Origin: Desulfurococcaceae archaeon
Lineage (GTDB): Archaea; Thermoproteota; Thermoprotei_A; Sulfolobales; Desulfurococcaceae
Length of the DNA: 64,000 nt
Reading direction: 5' to 3'
NCBI GenBank assembly: GCA_038816475.1
Contig: JAWBAI010000003.1
Span: forward strand, 1-64,000
Shown here in pieces: positions 49,243-58,652 of this stretch (positions within the stretch are counted from its first letter, which is position 1; the number at the start of each line of letters is the position of its first letter). The translations under genes and the position numbers were made by a program. The notes below the pieces were generated by a model. That model was not told the origin of the DNA and ran no database searches. It saw only the letters and a program-made list of their open reading frames with translations.

Positions 49243-51705
49243 GTGTCCGAAGGAGACTCAAATATGCAGAGAAACTTCAGACCAAAAATACAGTTAACAA
49301 GGTGGACTCCAGATAAGGAGCTCGAATTGATAAAGAAATGGGACGAGGAAAAACTGTACGAGTTTAAGTTTTCTCTTGATGACCCTAGAGAGATAATAGT
49401 CATAGATACTCCACCACCATATCCTAGTGGTAAGTGGCATGTAGGTGGTGCAGCCCACTACGCTCAGATCGACATGATTGCCAGGTACTTCAGGATGAAA
49501 GGTTACAACGTTCTCGTGCCTTTTTACGCAGATAGGAATGGTTTACCCGTGGAAGTTCAAGTCGAAAAAGTGTACAAGGTAAACCCCCACGAGCTATCCA
49601 AAACCCGCGAAGGACGCTTAAAGTTCCTTGAGCTATGCAAGCAGTTCCTAGACAAGGTCGAAGAGGAGATCGTCGACGTCTGGAGAAGAATGGGTTGTAG
49701 TTTTCAGTATTGGACGAATGGTACTGATAGCGACGAGTACCGTAAACTCACACAAGCAACATTCATAGAGCTCTACAAACGTGGTTTAGTGTACAGAGCT
49801 GAACGCCCTGTTAACTGGTGCCCGAGATGTAAAACCACACTCGCTGATGCTGAGCTTGAGTATGAGGAAAAAGAAGGTTACCTCTACTACCTGAAGTTTG
49901 AAATCAAGGAAACCGGAGAATACGTGATTGTGGCAACCACGAGACCTGAGCTACTTAAATCATGTAAAGCTCTAGCGTATAATCCACGAGATGAAAGATA
50001 CCTCGGATTGCACAACTTGCATGCTATCAATCCTCTCTATGGTCACCAAATGCCTATTCTAGCTCACGAGCTCGTAGACCCAGGCTTTGGAACAGGACTT
50101 GTCATGGTGTGTAGCTACGGCGATCACGCTGATGTAGTAATGTTCAGAGATCTACGGCTAGAACCAGAGATCGTAATAAACGACGAGGGTATCCTAACGG
50201 AGAACGCAGGTCCTCTCGCAGGGCTCCCAGTTGAGGAGGCCAGAAAGAAGGCGGTAGAACTCTTGGAGGAAAAGAAATTTGTTGTCAAGAAGGAGAAGAT
50301 CGTCCATAGAGTACCTGTTTGCTGGAGGTGTAAAACACCGGTTCAGATCATACATGCAAAGGAGTGGTTCTTAAAGCAGTTAGAGTTTAAAGATGAGCTT
50401 CTCCAGATCATCGACAAAATCGAGTTTAAACCACTCATGCACAAAGCTAAGCTGGTTAGCTGGATAAACACCGTTTCAGCTGACTGGCCTATAAGCAGAG
50501 ACAGGTACTATGGAACTGAGATACCTGTTTGGATGTGTAAAAGATGCAGTAGCGTGCTGTTGCCTAGCCCGGGGAGATACTATCGTCCATGGCTTGAAGA
50601 ACCCCCATGGGAAAAATGCCCAAACTGTGGTGCACCTCGAAGTGAACTAGCTGGTGAAACAAAAGTCTTTGATACATGGTTTGATAGCAGTATATCTGTT
50701 CTCTACGTTGCAGGGTACATGAAGAACAATGAGCTGTTTGAAAGAGCGTTCAAAAACACGCTTAGACCACAAGGACAAGACATCATCAGGACTTGGTTGT
50801 ACTACTCGATACTCAGAGTATACCAGTTGCTGGGTGAACCCGCTTTTAGATGGGTTAGAATAACTGGTATGGGTCTAGACGAGAAAGGCGAAGCTATGCA
50901 CAAGTCAAAGGGCAATGTGATAGATCCTGAACCGTTTCTCGAAAAATACGGTGCGGATGCGTTCAGATACTGGGCAGCTGCAAGTGCAAAGCTTGGCTAC
51001 GACTACAGGTTTAGTGAGGCGATGATCAGAACAGGGCTAATGTTTGCAACGAAGCTGTGGAACCTCGCAAGATACATCTCAGCGTTCCCAGAGCCGGACG
51101 AGTATGAGCTTAGACCAATAGATAAAGCCACATTAGCTCTGTTCAACAGATTAATAATCGATGTTGATAAGTACTATAGTGAACTAGACGTCTTTGAACC
51201 AATAACATTGATTTACAAGTTTGCATGGAATTACTTTGCATCACACTATGTTGAGCTAACGAAGTCCAGAGCTTACAATAAGAGCGGTAAGTACAGTGAG
51301 CTCGAGCAGAAGGGAACGTGGTATACACTACACTATATTCTCAGGAGACTACTGATAATTCTAGCACCCATAATGCCGTTCGTTACAGATGGAATCTACC
51401 GGGAGCTCTATGGAAAGTCCGTACACACTGAAAACTTTCCATTACCTGAGAGAACGTACTTGGAGATATCATACGATCTAGCAATGAAAGTTCAAGACGT
51501 GAACCATGCTATATGGAAGTACAAGAAGAACAGCGGAATGAGGCTTAACGAACCACTGAAGAAGAGAATTTACCTACCGACGGATCTGGCGTTGGTGAAA
51601 GAAGAACTAGTAGACTTGCATCATCTGGAAAGCATTGAGTTCTACAGCGTTAAACCACCGGAGAATACCGTGGATATAGGCTATGGTGTTTACGTGGAGT
51701 ATTAA
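49243..51705 (+). CDS. valS: Valyl-tRNA synthetase
   Basis: DTPPPYPSG, HVGG, ATTRPE, FGTG, WPISR, DTWFDS and MHKSKGN motifs. Confidence 0.95.
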   Translation: MSEGDSNMQRNFRPKIQLTRWTPDKELELIKKWDEEKLYEFKFSLDDPREIIVIDTPPPYPSGKWHVGGAAHYAQIDMIARYFRMKGYNVLVPFYADRNGLPVEVQVEKVYKVNPHELSKTREGRLKFLELCKQFLDKVEEEIVDVWRRMGCSFQYWTNGTDSDEYRKLTQATFIELYKRGLVYRAERPVNWCPRCKTTLADAELEYEEKEGYLYYLKFEIKETGEYVIVATTRPELLKSCKALAYNPRDERYLGLHNLHAINPLYGHQMPILAHELVDPGFGTGLVMVCSYGDHADVVMFRDLRLEPEIVINDEGILTENAGPLAGLPVEEARKKAVELLEEKKFVVKKEKIVHRVPVCWRCKTPVQIIHAKEWFLKQLEFKDELLQIIDKIEFKPLMHKAKLVSWINTVSADWPISRDRYYGTEIPVWMCKRCSSVLLPSPGRYYRPWLEEPPWEKCPNCGAPRSELAGETKVFDTWFDSSISVLYVAGYMKNNELFERAFKNTLRPQGQDIIRTWLYYSILRVYQLLGEPAFRWVRITGMGLDEKGEAMHKSKGNVIDPEPFLEKYGADAFRYWAAASAKLGYDYRFSEAMIRTGLMFATKLWNLARYISAFPEPDEYELRPIDKATLALFNRLIIDVDKYYSELDVFEPITLIYKFAWNYFASHYVELTKSRAYNKSGKYSELEQKGTWYTLHYILRRLLIILAPIMPFVTDGIYRELYGKSVHTENFPLPERTYLEISYDLAMKVQDVNHAIWKYKKNSGMRLNEPLKKRIYLPTDLALVKEELVDLHHLESIEFYSVKPPENTVDIGYGVYVEY

Positions 51706-52385
51706 CGTAGTGTACGTCTGTTTTGATCCACATGGATAAACCGAGTTAAACTCCACGAGAGTCTTTTAATTGTGGTACTGAAAGGACGCTTACCGAACAC
51801 TGGTTTTACCCGCCCTTTTCTGATAGCGTTGAGCACTGATTCTACTCTTAGGTCGTCTACTTCTATAAGAGTGTATGCTACTCCGATCTCCTCTAGAACA
51901 TGAGCATCGCTATTCGCTAAACCAGGTTTTCCAAGGATCTTGGCAGCCTCCATAGCTTTGTAGTTAGAGCCTCTAGTAGATGAAGCGTTCCACACTTCTA
52001 TAGCATCCCACTCACTGTACTCATATATTGCTTCTCCTACACCGAGCCTAGCAATATCGAAGGGATGCGCGGGAACAACTATGCAGTTCTCACTGTGGGC
52101 CTTCTCGATCAGGTTTTCGATTTTACGTGGAAAATCTATTTCCTTCTCGCAGTATACAAGAACATCACCCTTGTCGGTTCTAACCTCAACACCCGGTATG
52201 ACCAGTATACCTCTTGAGTAGCTTTCCGCGTACCTAGTAGCAATAGTACTACCGAGGAACGTATCGTGATCCGTGATCGATACTACCTGTAGCCCTATAT
52301 TCAAGGCTTGTAAAACTACTTCAGGAGGACCCGCTCTACCATCGCTACACGTGGTGTGTATGTGCATGTCAGCTTTAATCAGCAC
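51702..52385 (-). CDS. PHP-domain phosphoesterase
   Basis: DMHIHT, ITDHD, GVEV, AHPF and NSDAH motifs. Confidence 0.9.
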   Translation of the reverse strand: MLIKADMHIHTTCSDGRAGPPEVVLQALNIGLQVVSITDHDTFLGSTIATRYAESYSRGILVIPGVEVRTDKGDVLVYCEKEIDFPRKIENLIEKAHSENCIVVPAHPFDIARLGVGEAIYEYSEWDAIEVWNASSTRGSNYKAMEAAKILGKPGLANSDAHVLEEIGVAYTLIEVDDLRVESVLNAIRKGRVKPVFGKRPFSTTIKRLSWSLTRFIHVDQNRRTLR

Positions 52386-52478
52386 TCAAAGCACCTTATA
52401 ATCAAGCTGTATGTGCTTTAAGCATGTTTTGCTAATAAACATTTATTGAGCATTCACTATGGCTGATCTAGGTAGGAG

Positions 52479-52727
52479 TTGATGAGAGTCTTCGTTGAAA
52501 TAGACTATGGAAAGTGCAATACATGTAAATTGTGTGTTGAGTACTGTCCTGCTTTCGTATTCACCTTGGAGGAGAACAGAGTTGTGGTAGCAAATGGTGA
52601 CAAGTGCGTTGAGTGCTACGGATGTGTTCCTCTTTGCCCTCAGGGTGCTATAAGTGTAAGAATTGTGAACGAGTCCTCAGGAAGCCTGTTCTCCTTCTTT
52701 AAGAAACCTGGAACACGCGGAGGTTAG
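52479..52727 (+). CDS. 2x[4Fe-4S] ferredoxin
   Basis: CNTCKLCVEYCP and CVECYGCVPLCP. Confidence 0.9.
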   Translation: MMRVFVEIDYGKCNTCKLCVEYCPAFVFTLEENRVVVANGDKCVECYGCVPLCPQGAISVRIVNESSGSLFSFFKKPGTRGG

Positions 52728-52960
52728 TAATACGGTTTCAGTTCACTCTTGCAAAACGGGCATTTGTAATGTAGAGTTCTCGCATCAGCAGCGCAGAAGT
52801 ACGCTTTTATCTTATGCTCCAGGCACTTTGGACAATAGTATATGTTCTTCAGGTCGTAACCATGGAAGAAATCTAGTGTTGTTGCACATATAATGCACTT
52901 TTCCGTTGTCCAGCCCTTGTGTCCTGTTTTATTCGATCCGCGGAGCAGTCCAACGGTCAT
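52724..52960 (-). CDS. Small zinc-finger protein
   Basis: CIIC, CPKC, CAAD and CPFC; ATG at 52960 follows a GGTG RBS. Confidence 0.7.
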   Translation of the reverse strand: MTVGLLRGSNKTGHKGWTTEKCIICATTLDFFHGYDLKNIYYCPKCLEHKIKAYFCAADARTLHYKCPFCKSELKPYY

Positions 52961-53023
52961 ATCTATAACACCTAACAAGCCCTGATATGTATAAGGGGTT
53001 TTAAATAATGGTGCTGTAATGCT

Positions 53024-53710
53024 ATGATAATACATGCCACATCAGATATCCATAGCCCCGAGAACTTACCACTATTTCTACGTGCACTGGAGAGAACATC
53101 GAGCATTCCAGAGGTGTTCATACTAGTGGGAGACATTGTTGAGAGAAACAACGTCATGGCGTTTAAACCTGTTTACGAAGCACTAAGAAAGAGGTTTCCA
53201 TCAGCAAAAATAATCGCTGTTTTCGGAAACGAGGAGTACAGAGGCTACGAGAAACTCTATGAAGGACTGTATAGGGATATTCTATGGTTGAATGACAGCT
53301 ACACGGTTTTAAACAACAATGAGCTATGCATTGTAGGAACACGAGGTGCACTGGATAAACCAACAAGCTGGCAAGCAAAGCACGTACCCGGCATTGAAAA
53401 GTACTACAGAGAGCTACCGTACAGGATAGTTAAGATGTGCGAGGAACTAAGGAAGACGAAAAACTGCAAAAAGATTGTTCTACTATCACACTACGGAGTT
53501 ACTAGCAAAAACCTACTTGGCGAGAAACAAGAGGCATACCCGTACCTAGCTTGTAGCGCGTTCGATAGAATTATAAATAGGAACATAGTAGACATGGTTA
53601 TACACGGTCATGTGCATCTAGGGAGGATTGAACTAGTCTACGTTAACGGTGTTCCTGTTTACAACGTTGCACTACCGGCTAGGCAGAAAATCGTTGAAAT
53701 ATCAATATAG
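53024..53710 (+). CDS. Calcineurin-like metallophosphoesterase
   Basis: SDIH, GDIV, GNEE, SHY and HGHVH motifs. Confidence 0.88.
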   Translation: MIIHATSDIHSPENLPLFLRALERTSSIPEVFILVGDIVERNNVMAFKPVYEALRKRFPSAKIIAVFGNEEYRGYEKLYEGLYRDILWLNDSYTVLNNNELCIVGTRGALDKPTSWQAKHVPGIEKYYRELPYRIVKMCEELRKTKNCKKIVLLSHYGVTSKNLLGEKQEAYPYLACSAFDRIINRNIVDMVIHGHVHLGRIELVYVNGVPVYNVALPARQKIVEISI

Positions 53711-53725
53711 TGGTTTAAGCGGATT

Positions 53726-54607
53726 CTATGTATACCCTTCGAAAGAAGCGAATGCTGCAACCAGAGTTGTTATCTCGCTAGCCCATTCAAACGTATGCTT
53801 GCCCCTTCTCAGCAAAACATCTAGCTCGATCATGAGCTTACTACACTCCGGTGTAGACATATACCCACAGGATTCAACATTATTCAAGATGCTCACGTAG
53901 CTTTGGGGGACATGAGGTTTGATCAGTTCCATGTACAGCGCTACGGTGGACATGGCTAGCTCATGGTATTTTTTATAGAGCTCACTGAGCCTCTTCAGGT
54001 ATGTGAACACCAGAACTTCACCAGTTTCTATTACCAAGAATCCACGCCACTTGGAACCTAGGACTCTGTATAAGTCGTTATAGCTTACGTTCAGCTGTAG
54101 CAAGCCTACTTCCGTGTACCCAAGGCTACTTAGATGATTGTACATGTCTTCTCGACCAACAGTTTTCAAGGTCTCGATAAACTGCTTAATTGAGCTCCAC
54201 TTGCTAATTGAATTGGCGAGTTCAAGAGCTTTCTTGAATTTAGCACTTTCCTTTACTATGCTTTCAACACCGCTAAGACCTATTGCAAAGCCCCCGATCA
54301 CTAGTGGTGTAATGTACTGGGGGTGAACGGTTCTACAGCTTCTAAAGAGCTCTTTCAGAACATTGGATAGAAGCTTGCCAATGTCTACGCTTGTGAGAAT
54401 CTGTTCTCCTCTTCTAACACTACTACCTGTTTCAAGAGCTTTCGCGAGAAACCCTACCGATGATATCAAGTTGCAAAGAACTTCGTCGTAGGTCTTACCG
54501 GGTGCAAGCCTGTGTACACCTCCGGGTTTAACGTATGCACTTAGACCAATTACAGCACCTTTTAGTAGGTCTTTTACAATCTGCAGATGCTCGTAGTTCT
54601 CGGACAT
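53726..54607 (-). CDS. CitG/triphosphoribosyl-dephospho-CoA synthase-like protein (divergent)
   Basis: SAYVKPGGVHR resembles the CitG KPG-x-VHR motif; helical; ends with ELDVLLR. Start set at ATG 54607 after GGAGG. Confidence 0.55.
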   Translation of the reverse strand: MSENYEHLQIVKDLLKGAVIGLSAYVKPGGVHRLAPGKTYDEVLCNLISSVGFLAKALETGSSVRRGEQILTSVDIGKLLSNVLKELFRSCRTVHPQYITPLVIGGFAIGLSGVESIVKESAKFKKALELANSISKWSSIKQFIETLKTVGREDMYNHLSSLGYTEVGLLQLNVSYNDLYRVLGSKWRGFLVIETGEVLVFTYLKRLSELYKKYHELAMSTVALYMELIKPHVPQSYVSILNNVESCGYMSTPECSKLMIELDVLLRRGKHTFEWASEITTLVAAFASFEGYT

Positions 54608-54647
54608 GGTATCGATTACCTCCTTCATCATACTGTTGATAATCTGG

Positions 54648-55277
54648 TTATTTATTGTACCTAGATGAAGCAAGCAGTTTCTCGGGGTTTAGTTCCTCGA
54701 GAAGCATAGTGAGTAGTAGTCTTGTTCTCTCGGCTAAGAGAGCTGATACCTTTCTCGAGTAATCGAAATACATGAGCTCAGGGAGTTTTAGTATCTTCTC
54801 ATGAAAATGTATCAAGGACTGCTCAAGTGTTCTTTCATTTCGTTCTCCAAATATGAAAACCCTCAAGAAGCCAACTACGCCTAGAGCGTCTAGCTTATCA
54901 GCATCGCTTATTACCTTTGCAAGGTCAGTTCTAGCTTGATGAGACTTGGAAAAGCTGTAACTGTGTGATAGAATAGCGGATGATACTTCCTCGATGAACG
55001 TACTTGCACACTCAGCCTCCATTAATAGCTCTTCGGCAACCAAGGCGGAGTAGTAAGCGTGTGGTTCTCCAATGTATCTACCTACATCATGCAAGAATAC
55101 AGCGATCTCCAGTAGAGTACTAGGTATGGAGAGCTTTTCTTCACTGGTTATCCTACGTGCCCACGCAAGTACTCTTTCAACGTGTGGGAGCCCGTGGTCA
55201 AACCTCTTGTCGTAAAGGCTCTCGGCGATTTCAAGTACAGGTTTAATCAGGCTTTCTCTACACATACCTAGGTGCAC
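54648..55277 (-). CDS. HD-domain phosphohydrolase
   Basis: DHGLPHVERV, LHDVGR, H and SDADKLDALG motifs. Confidence 0.9.
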   Translation of the reverse strand: MHLGMCRESLIKPVLEIAESLYDKRFDHGLPHVERVLAWARRITSEEKLSIPSTLLEIAVFLHDVGRYIGEPHAYYSALVAEELLMEAECASTFIEEVSSAILSHSYSFSKSHQARTDLAKVISDADKLDALGVVGFLRVFIFGERNERTLEQSLIHFHEKILKLPELMYFDYSRKVSALLAERTRLLLTMLLEELNPEKLLASSRYNK

Positions 55278-56109
55278 ACTCTACTAGAAGTTTGAGTAGG
55301 TTAGCCGAGATCTTGATACCATGTTTACCACTAATATCGACCAGGGCTCTTTGCACATCGAATTTTTCTTCGAGAATACTTCTTGTTATCAACCACGTAA
55401 ATGTATCCAAGTGTAGACATGGAATACCGATTTCACTACACACGATGCTCCAGGCTTCTCTAACAACACTAGCGTTTCTGCTTCGGACAAGCTCACTCGC
55501 ACACCTGTAGAGGTCCTCATTGCACTCGAAGACAAGGCAGCTGGTTAGAGATAAAACAGCGTTTCTAAAATCCACGGGTATGCTAATGCCCGTGTAGTCA
55601 GCCTCCTGTCCACAAGCATAACACAGGTAACCATACATCTTTGCGGCAAACACCACGGTTTTGCTCTCCCTGGTACTCCCAAGGATCTTCGAGAGATCGC
55701 CCACAAGACGACCTACGTTGCTACAGTATTCAAGTGGATTCACATACAGTTTAGGAACAAGAGGTGAACCAAGGATCTTCTTTACTCTTTCAAGCTTTTG
55801 CTCTAGAAGAAGTGTGTTCTTTGACCAAGTAAGAAAGTCTCTAAAGGTGAAATAATCTACGTTGTTCTTCCGAAGAGAGAAGTACTCAGCAAAGGAAAGC
55901 CAGTAATCCTCGCCCTTTACTTTCAGATTATAGCTTACAACACTGTTCAGTAGTACCAAAAGGGATGCCTCAGCGCATCCGCGTGCTTTAACCAAGTTGT
56001 CTATGGCAATGTACTGCGGGTCTTTTAGGTAGAGACTTAAGATCTGGTCTCTGTACGGTTTTAATGCTTCAGCGATAAGCCTCGCTCGCTCGTAATTTAT
56101 TTTTACCAC
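55258..56109 (-). CDS. N-glycosylase/DNA lyase AGOG (8-oxoguanine glycosylase)
   Basis: DPQY, NSVVSYNL..KGEDYW, KTVVFAAKM, IPVDFR and HLDTFTW motifs; start set at GTG 56109. Confidence 0.9.
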   Translation of the reverse strand: MVKINYERARLIAEALKPYRDQILSLYLKDPQYIAIDNLVKARGCAEASLLVLLNSVVSYNLKVKGEDYWLSFAEYFSLRKNNVDYFTFRDFLTWSKNTLLLEQKLERVKKILGSPLVPKLYVNPLEYCSNVGRLVGDLSKILGSTRESKTVVFAAKMYGYLCYACGQEADYTGISIPVDFRNAVLSLTSCLVFECNEDLYRCASELVRSRNASVVREAWSIVCSEIGIPCLHLDTFTWLITRSILEEKFDVQRALVDISGKHGIKISANLLKLLVECAPRYV

Positions 56110-56122
56110 TAATACAATCACC

Positions 56123-56446
56123 ATGGAGGATATCGCGATTAAAAAGGTAAAAAATGCGATGGTATCCGTTATCATACTCTGCAAGAACAACCTGGTAGTT
56201 AGCTACGAAGAGGCAACTGACGTGGTAATATACGATATGGATCTAAAGAAGAAAGTACTTACAATGAGAAAACCTCCAGATCCCAACTTGCTCGAAGACA
56301 CCATCGAGGAGTACGATGTGTGTGCTCTTATCACGTCAAGCATTTCACCCGATTACAGAGAGGTCTTCGAGGAAATGGGGGTTAAACCTATAATAGTGGA
56401 CCAGAACACATTGGACAATGTTATTAAAGAAATCTTCGTCGGATGA
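56123..56446 (+). CDS. NifB/NifX-like small protein; start probably ATG 56159
   Basis: DVCALITSSI...FEEMGVKPI..TLDNVI resembles the dinitrogenase FeMo-cofactor-binding fold. Confidence 0.55.
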   Translation: MEDIAIKKVKNAMVSVIILCKNNLVVSYEEATDVVIYDMDLKKKVLTMRKPPDPNLLEDTIEEYDVCALITSSISPDYREVFEEMGVKPIIVDQNTLDNVIKEIFVG

Positions 56447-56745
56447 GGTACATGCCAAGTCATATCTTGATCGACATATATGACTCTACGGGGTTGCATC
56501 AGCGTAAGATAGTGGAATTTCTAAACTTAACATGCACGCAGGTGTACTCGAGCAAGAACGTGCAACTGGAAGTATACCACTGTAACGGATCACTAGTGTA
56601 CGTGCACAGAAGGGGTGATAATCTACTGATAGACATAATTGAAGGTGAAAACGTGTTCAATAAACTAGCAGAACACATACCCGTTCACCGCGTTGTTATC
56701 AGGCTAGTTGAGAGAGGTATTCCAGCAGGAGGTGAGCAAGTTTGA
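56443..56745 (+). CDS. Hypothetical protein resembling a degenerate AdoMet decarboxylase (SpeH)
   Basis: HILIDIYD...GSLVYVH...LLIDI...VERG; overlaps both neighbours by 4 nt. Confidence 0.55.
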   Translation: MRYMPSHILIDIYDSTGLHQRKIVEFLNLTCTQVYSSKNVQLEVYHCNGSLVYVHRRGDNLLIDIIEGENVFNKLAEHIPVHRVVIRLVERGIPAGGEQV

Positions 56746-57272
56746 AAAGCTTAGAGCACGAAGCAGTGTTCATACACTTTGATCCAGGTACGTGTAAGGG
56801 GTACTTGGATAAGTCGCCGATCGCGGATGAGCTAGCTAACAGATGGTTCGGCAAGTACTATCAGGATAAACTAGTACTAGAGCTTGTTGAAGTTGCATAC
56901 TTACTGTCCACGGGTAAGGTAGTAACTGGTGCTAACGGTAAGAGAATTCAAGACCTTAGCACCCTGGTATCCGAATACGCACACTGTTTTGAAGAGTTCT
57001 TCTGGCCTATGTTAACTGTTTTCAAAGACTTGAGAGAAAGAGGACGCAGGGTTAGAGTCCTAGAGCCGATGAAGTTCCTAGTGAGAGATAAAGGTAGTGA
57101 ATTAAGATTGATTTACGTTCTGGAGGAGAAGTCTTTAATACGAATAAACGATATCACGGAGATCATAAGTGAGGCTTTGAGAAACAATCTTAAAGCTACT
57201 TTAGCAATAGTTAGTCTACACGGTGAGTTAACGTATTATGAAATCTCGCAAGCCGATCTAAAGGTAGATTGA
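56742..57272 (+). CDS. tRNA-splicing endonuclease structural (beta) subunit
   Basis: LVLELVEVAYL, VFKDLRERG, VLEE and AIVSLHGELTYY; lacks the catalytic Tyr/His/Lys segment. Confidence 0.85.
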   Translation: MKSLEHEAVFIHFDPGTCKGYLDKSPIADELANRWFGKYYQDKLVLELVEVAYLLSTGKVVTGANGKRIQDLSTLVSEYAHCFEEFFWPMLTVFKDLRERGRRVRVLEPMKFLVRDKGSELRLIYVLEEKSLIRINDITEIISEALRNNLKATLAIVSLHGELTYYEISQADLKVD

Positions 57273-57273
57273 T

Positions 57274-58569
57274 TTGAGCGAGATCTTCAATCCGCCTCGT
57301 GGTATGCGGGATATTGTCGATGAAGAGGCGGAACTCTACGAGTACTTGTTCGATGAATTCAGAAGAACAGCTAGGTCTAAGGGATTTCAACCCATAATAA
57401 CCCCGACCATAGAGTACTTCAAGCTTTTTGAAGTTAAGAGTGGTGAAGAAATAAGAAGATCAATGTATGTTTTCGAGGATAAGAGTAAAAGACTTGTAGC
57501 ATTAAGACCAGAAGTAACAGCTAGCGTTGTTAGGTCGTATGTGAGATTAATGAGAGCTAAGCCAAAACCTATAAGGCTCTACTACATAGCACAATGCTTC
57601 AGATACGAGGAGCCTCAGTACGCTAGGTACAGGGAGTTCTGGCAGGGTGGATTAGAGATAATAGGCGATCCCGATGTAAACGCCGATCTCTACGTTGCGA
57701 TCACAGCAAGCGAGTTTCTCGAGAACACTGGAGTTAAGCACTACTACAAGGTAGGAAACGTTCTCGTGTATAGAGGTTTTATGAGAAGTATGGGACTTGA
57801 AGAAGAGTTTCAAGACCACATACTACACTTAATAGATAAAGACCTCTTAGATAAAGCCATTGAGGAGCTTCAAGTAAGGATCGGAGAAGAAAACACGACC
57901 ATCTTCAAAAAATTAGTTGAAGCCGAGGACCTTTACACGGTGGAGAACATTATAGAAGACTACAAGAATAACCTAGGTGAGTACTACGAAAAGGTACGCG
58001 AGGAGCATGAGAGAACAAGAGTATTCATAGATACTCTCAGAGAGATGGGATACAGAGTAGAGTACGATGCTAAACTCGTACGTGGTCTAGCGTACTATAC
58101 TGGACTAATATTCGAGTACAAAGCTGAACACGCGAAGTTAACGCACAGTATAGGTGGTGGTGGAAGATACGATGGTTTAACCACAGTATACGGCGCTCCC
58201 TTTGAGTACTTTACTGGATTAGCTATGGGTATTGATAGAATAGCTCTTGCATTGAGAGAGACGTTTAAACCACAGAGAAAAACAAGGATTGCAATACTGG
58301 TGTTTGGAAATGCCCCCTTATCTTTGGGGTATAAAGTACTAGGACTTTTACGCTCAGAGAACTTCGAAGCAGTAGTGTACAGAGGTAGAAACCTATCTAA
58401 AGTTCTTGAGCACGCTAACAAGCTTGGATGTAATTACGCTATAATTATTGGCGAGAAGGAAGCTAGCACGGGTATGTTACTGTTGAAGAACATGAGGACA
58501 GGTGAGCAGAAGCAAGTAAATCTGAATACCATACTCGATGAGCTGAGAAAAGCTATGCATAGTGAGTAA
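57274..58569 (+). CDS. hisS: Histidyl-tRNA synthetase
   Basis: PRGMRD, LRPEVTA, FRYEEPQ..RYREF, RGLAYYTG and GGGRYD motifs. Confidence 0.96.
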   Translation: MSEIFNPPRGMRDIVDEEAELYEYLFDEFRRTARSKGFQPIITPTIEYFKLFEVKSGEEIRRSMYVFEDKSKRLVALRPEVTASVVRSYVRLMRAKPKPIRLYYIAQCFRYEEPQYARYREFWQGGLEIIGDPDVNADLYVAITASEFLENTGVKHYYKVGNVLVYRGFMRSMGLEEEFQDHILHLIDKDLLDKAIEELQVRIGEENTTIFKKLVEAEDLYTVENIIEDYKNNLGEYYEKVREEHERTRVFIDTLREMGYRVEYDAKLVRGLAYYTGLIFEYKAEHAKLTHSIGGGGRYDGLTTVYGAPFEYFTGLAMGIDRIALALRETFKPQRKTRIAILVFGNAPLSLGYKVLGLLRSENFEAVVYRGRNLSKVLEHANKLGCNYAIIIGEKEASTGMLLLKNMRTGEQKQVNLNTILDELRKAMHSE

Positions 58570-58652
58570 GCACAGTTTTACCCTAGCATCTGGCATTAAC
58601 TATGTTCACAGTTATATAAGTCCCTAGTGAATTATCACTGTTAGACTCGTAG

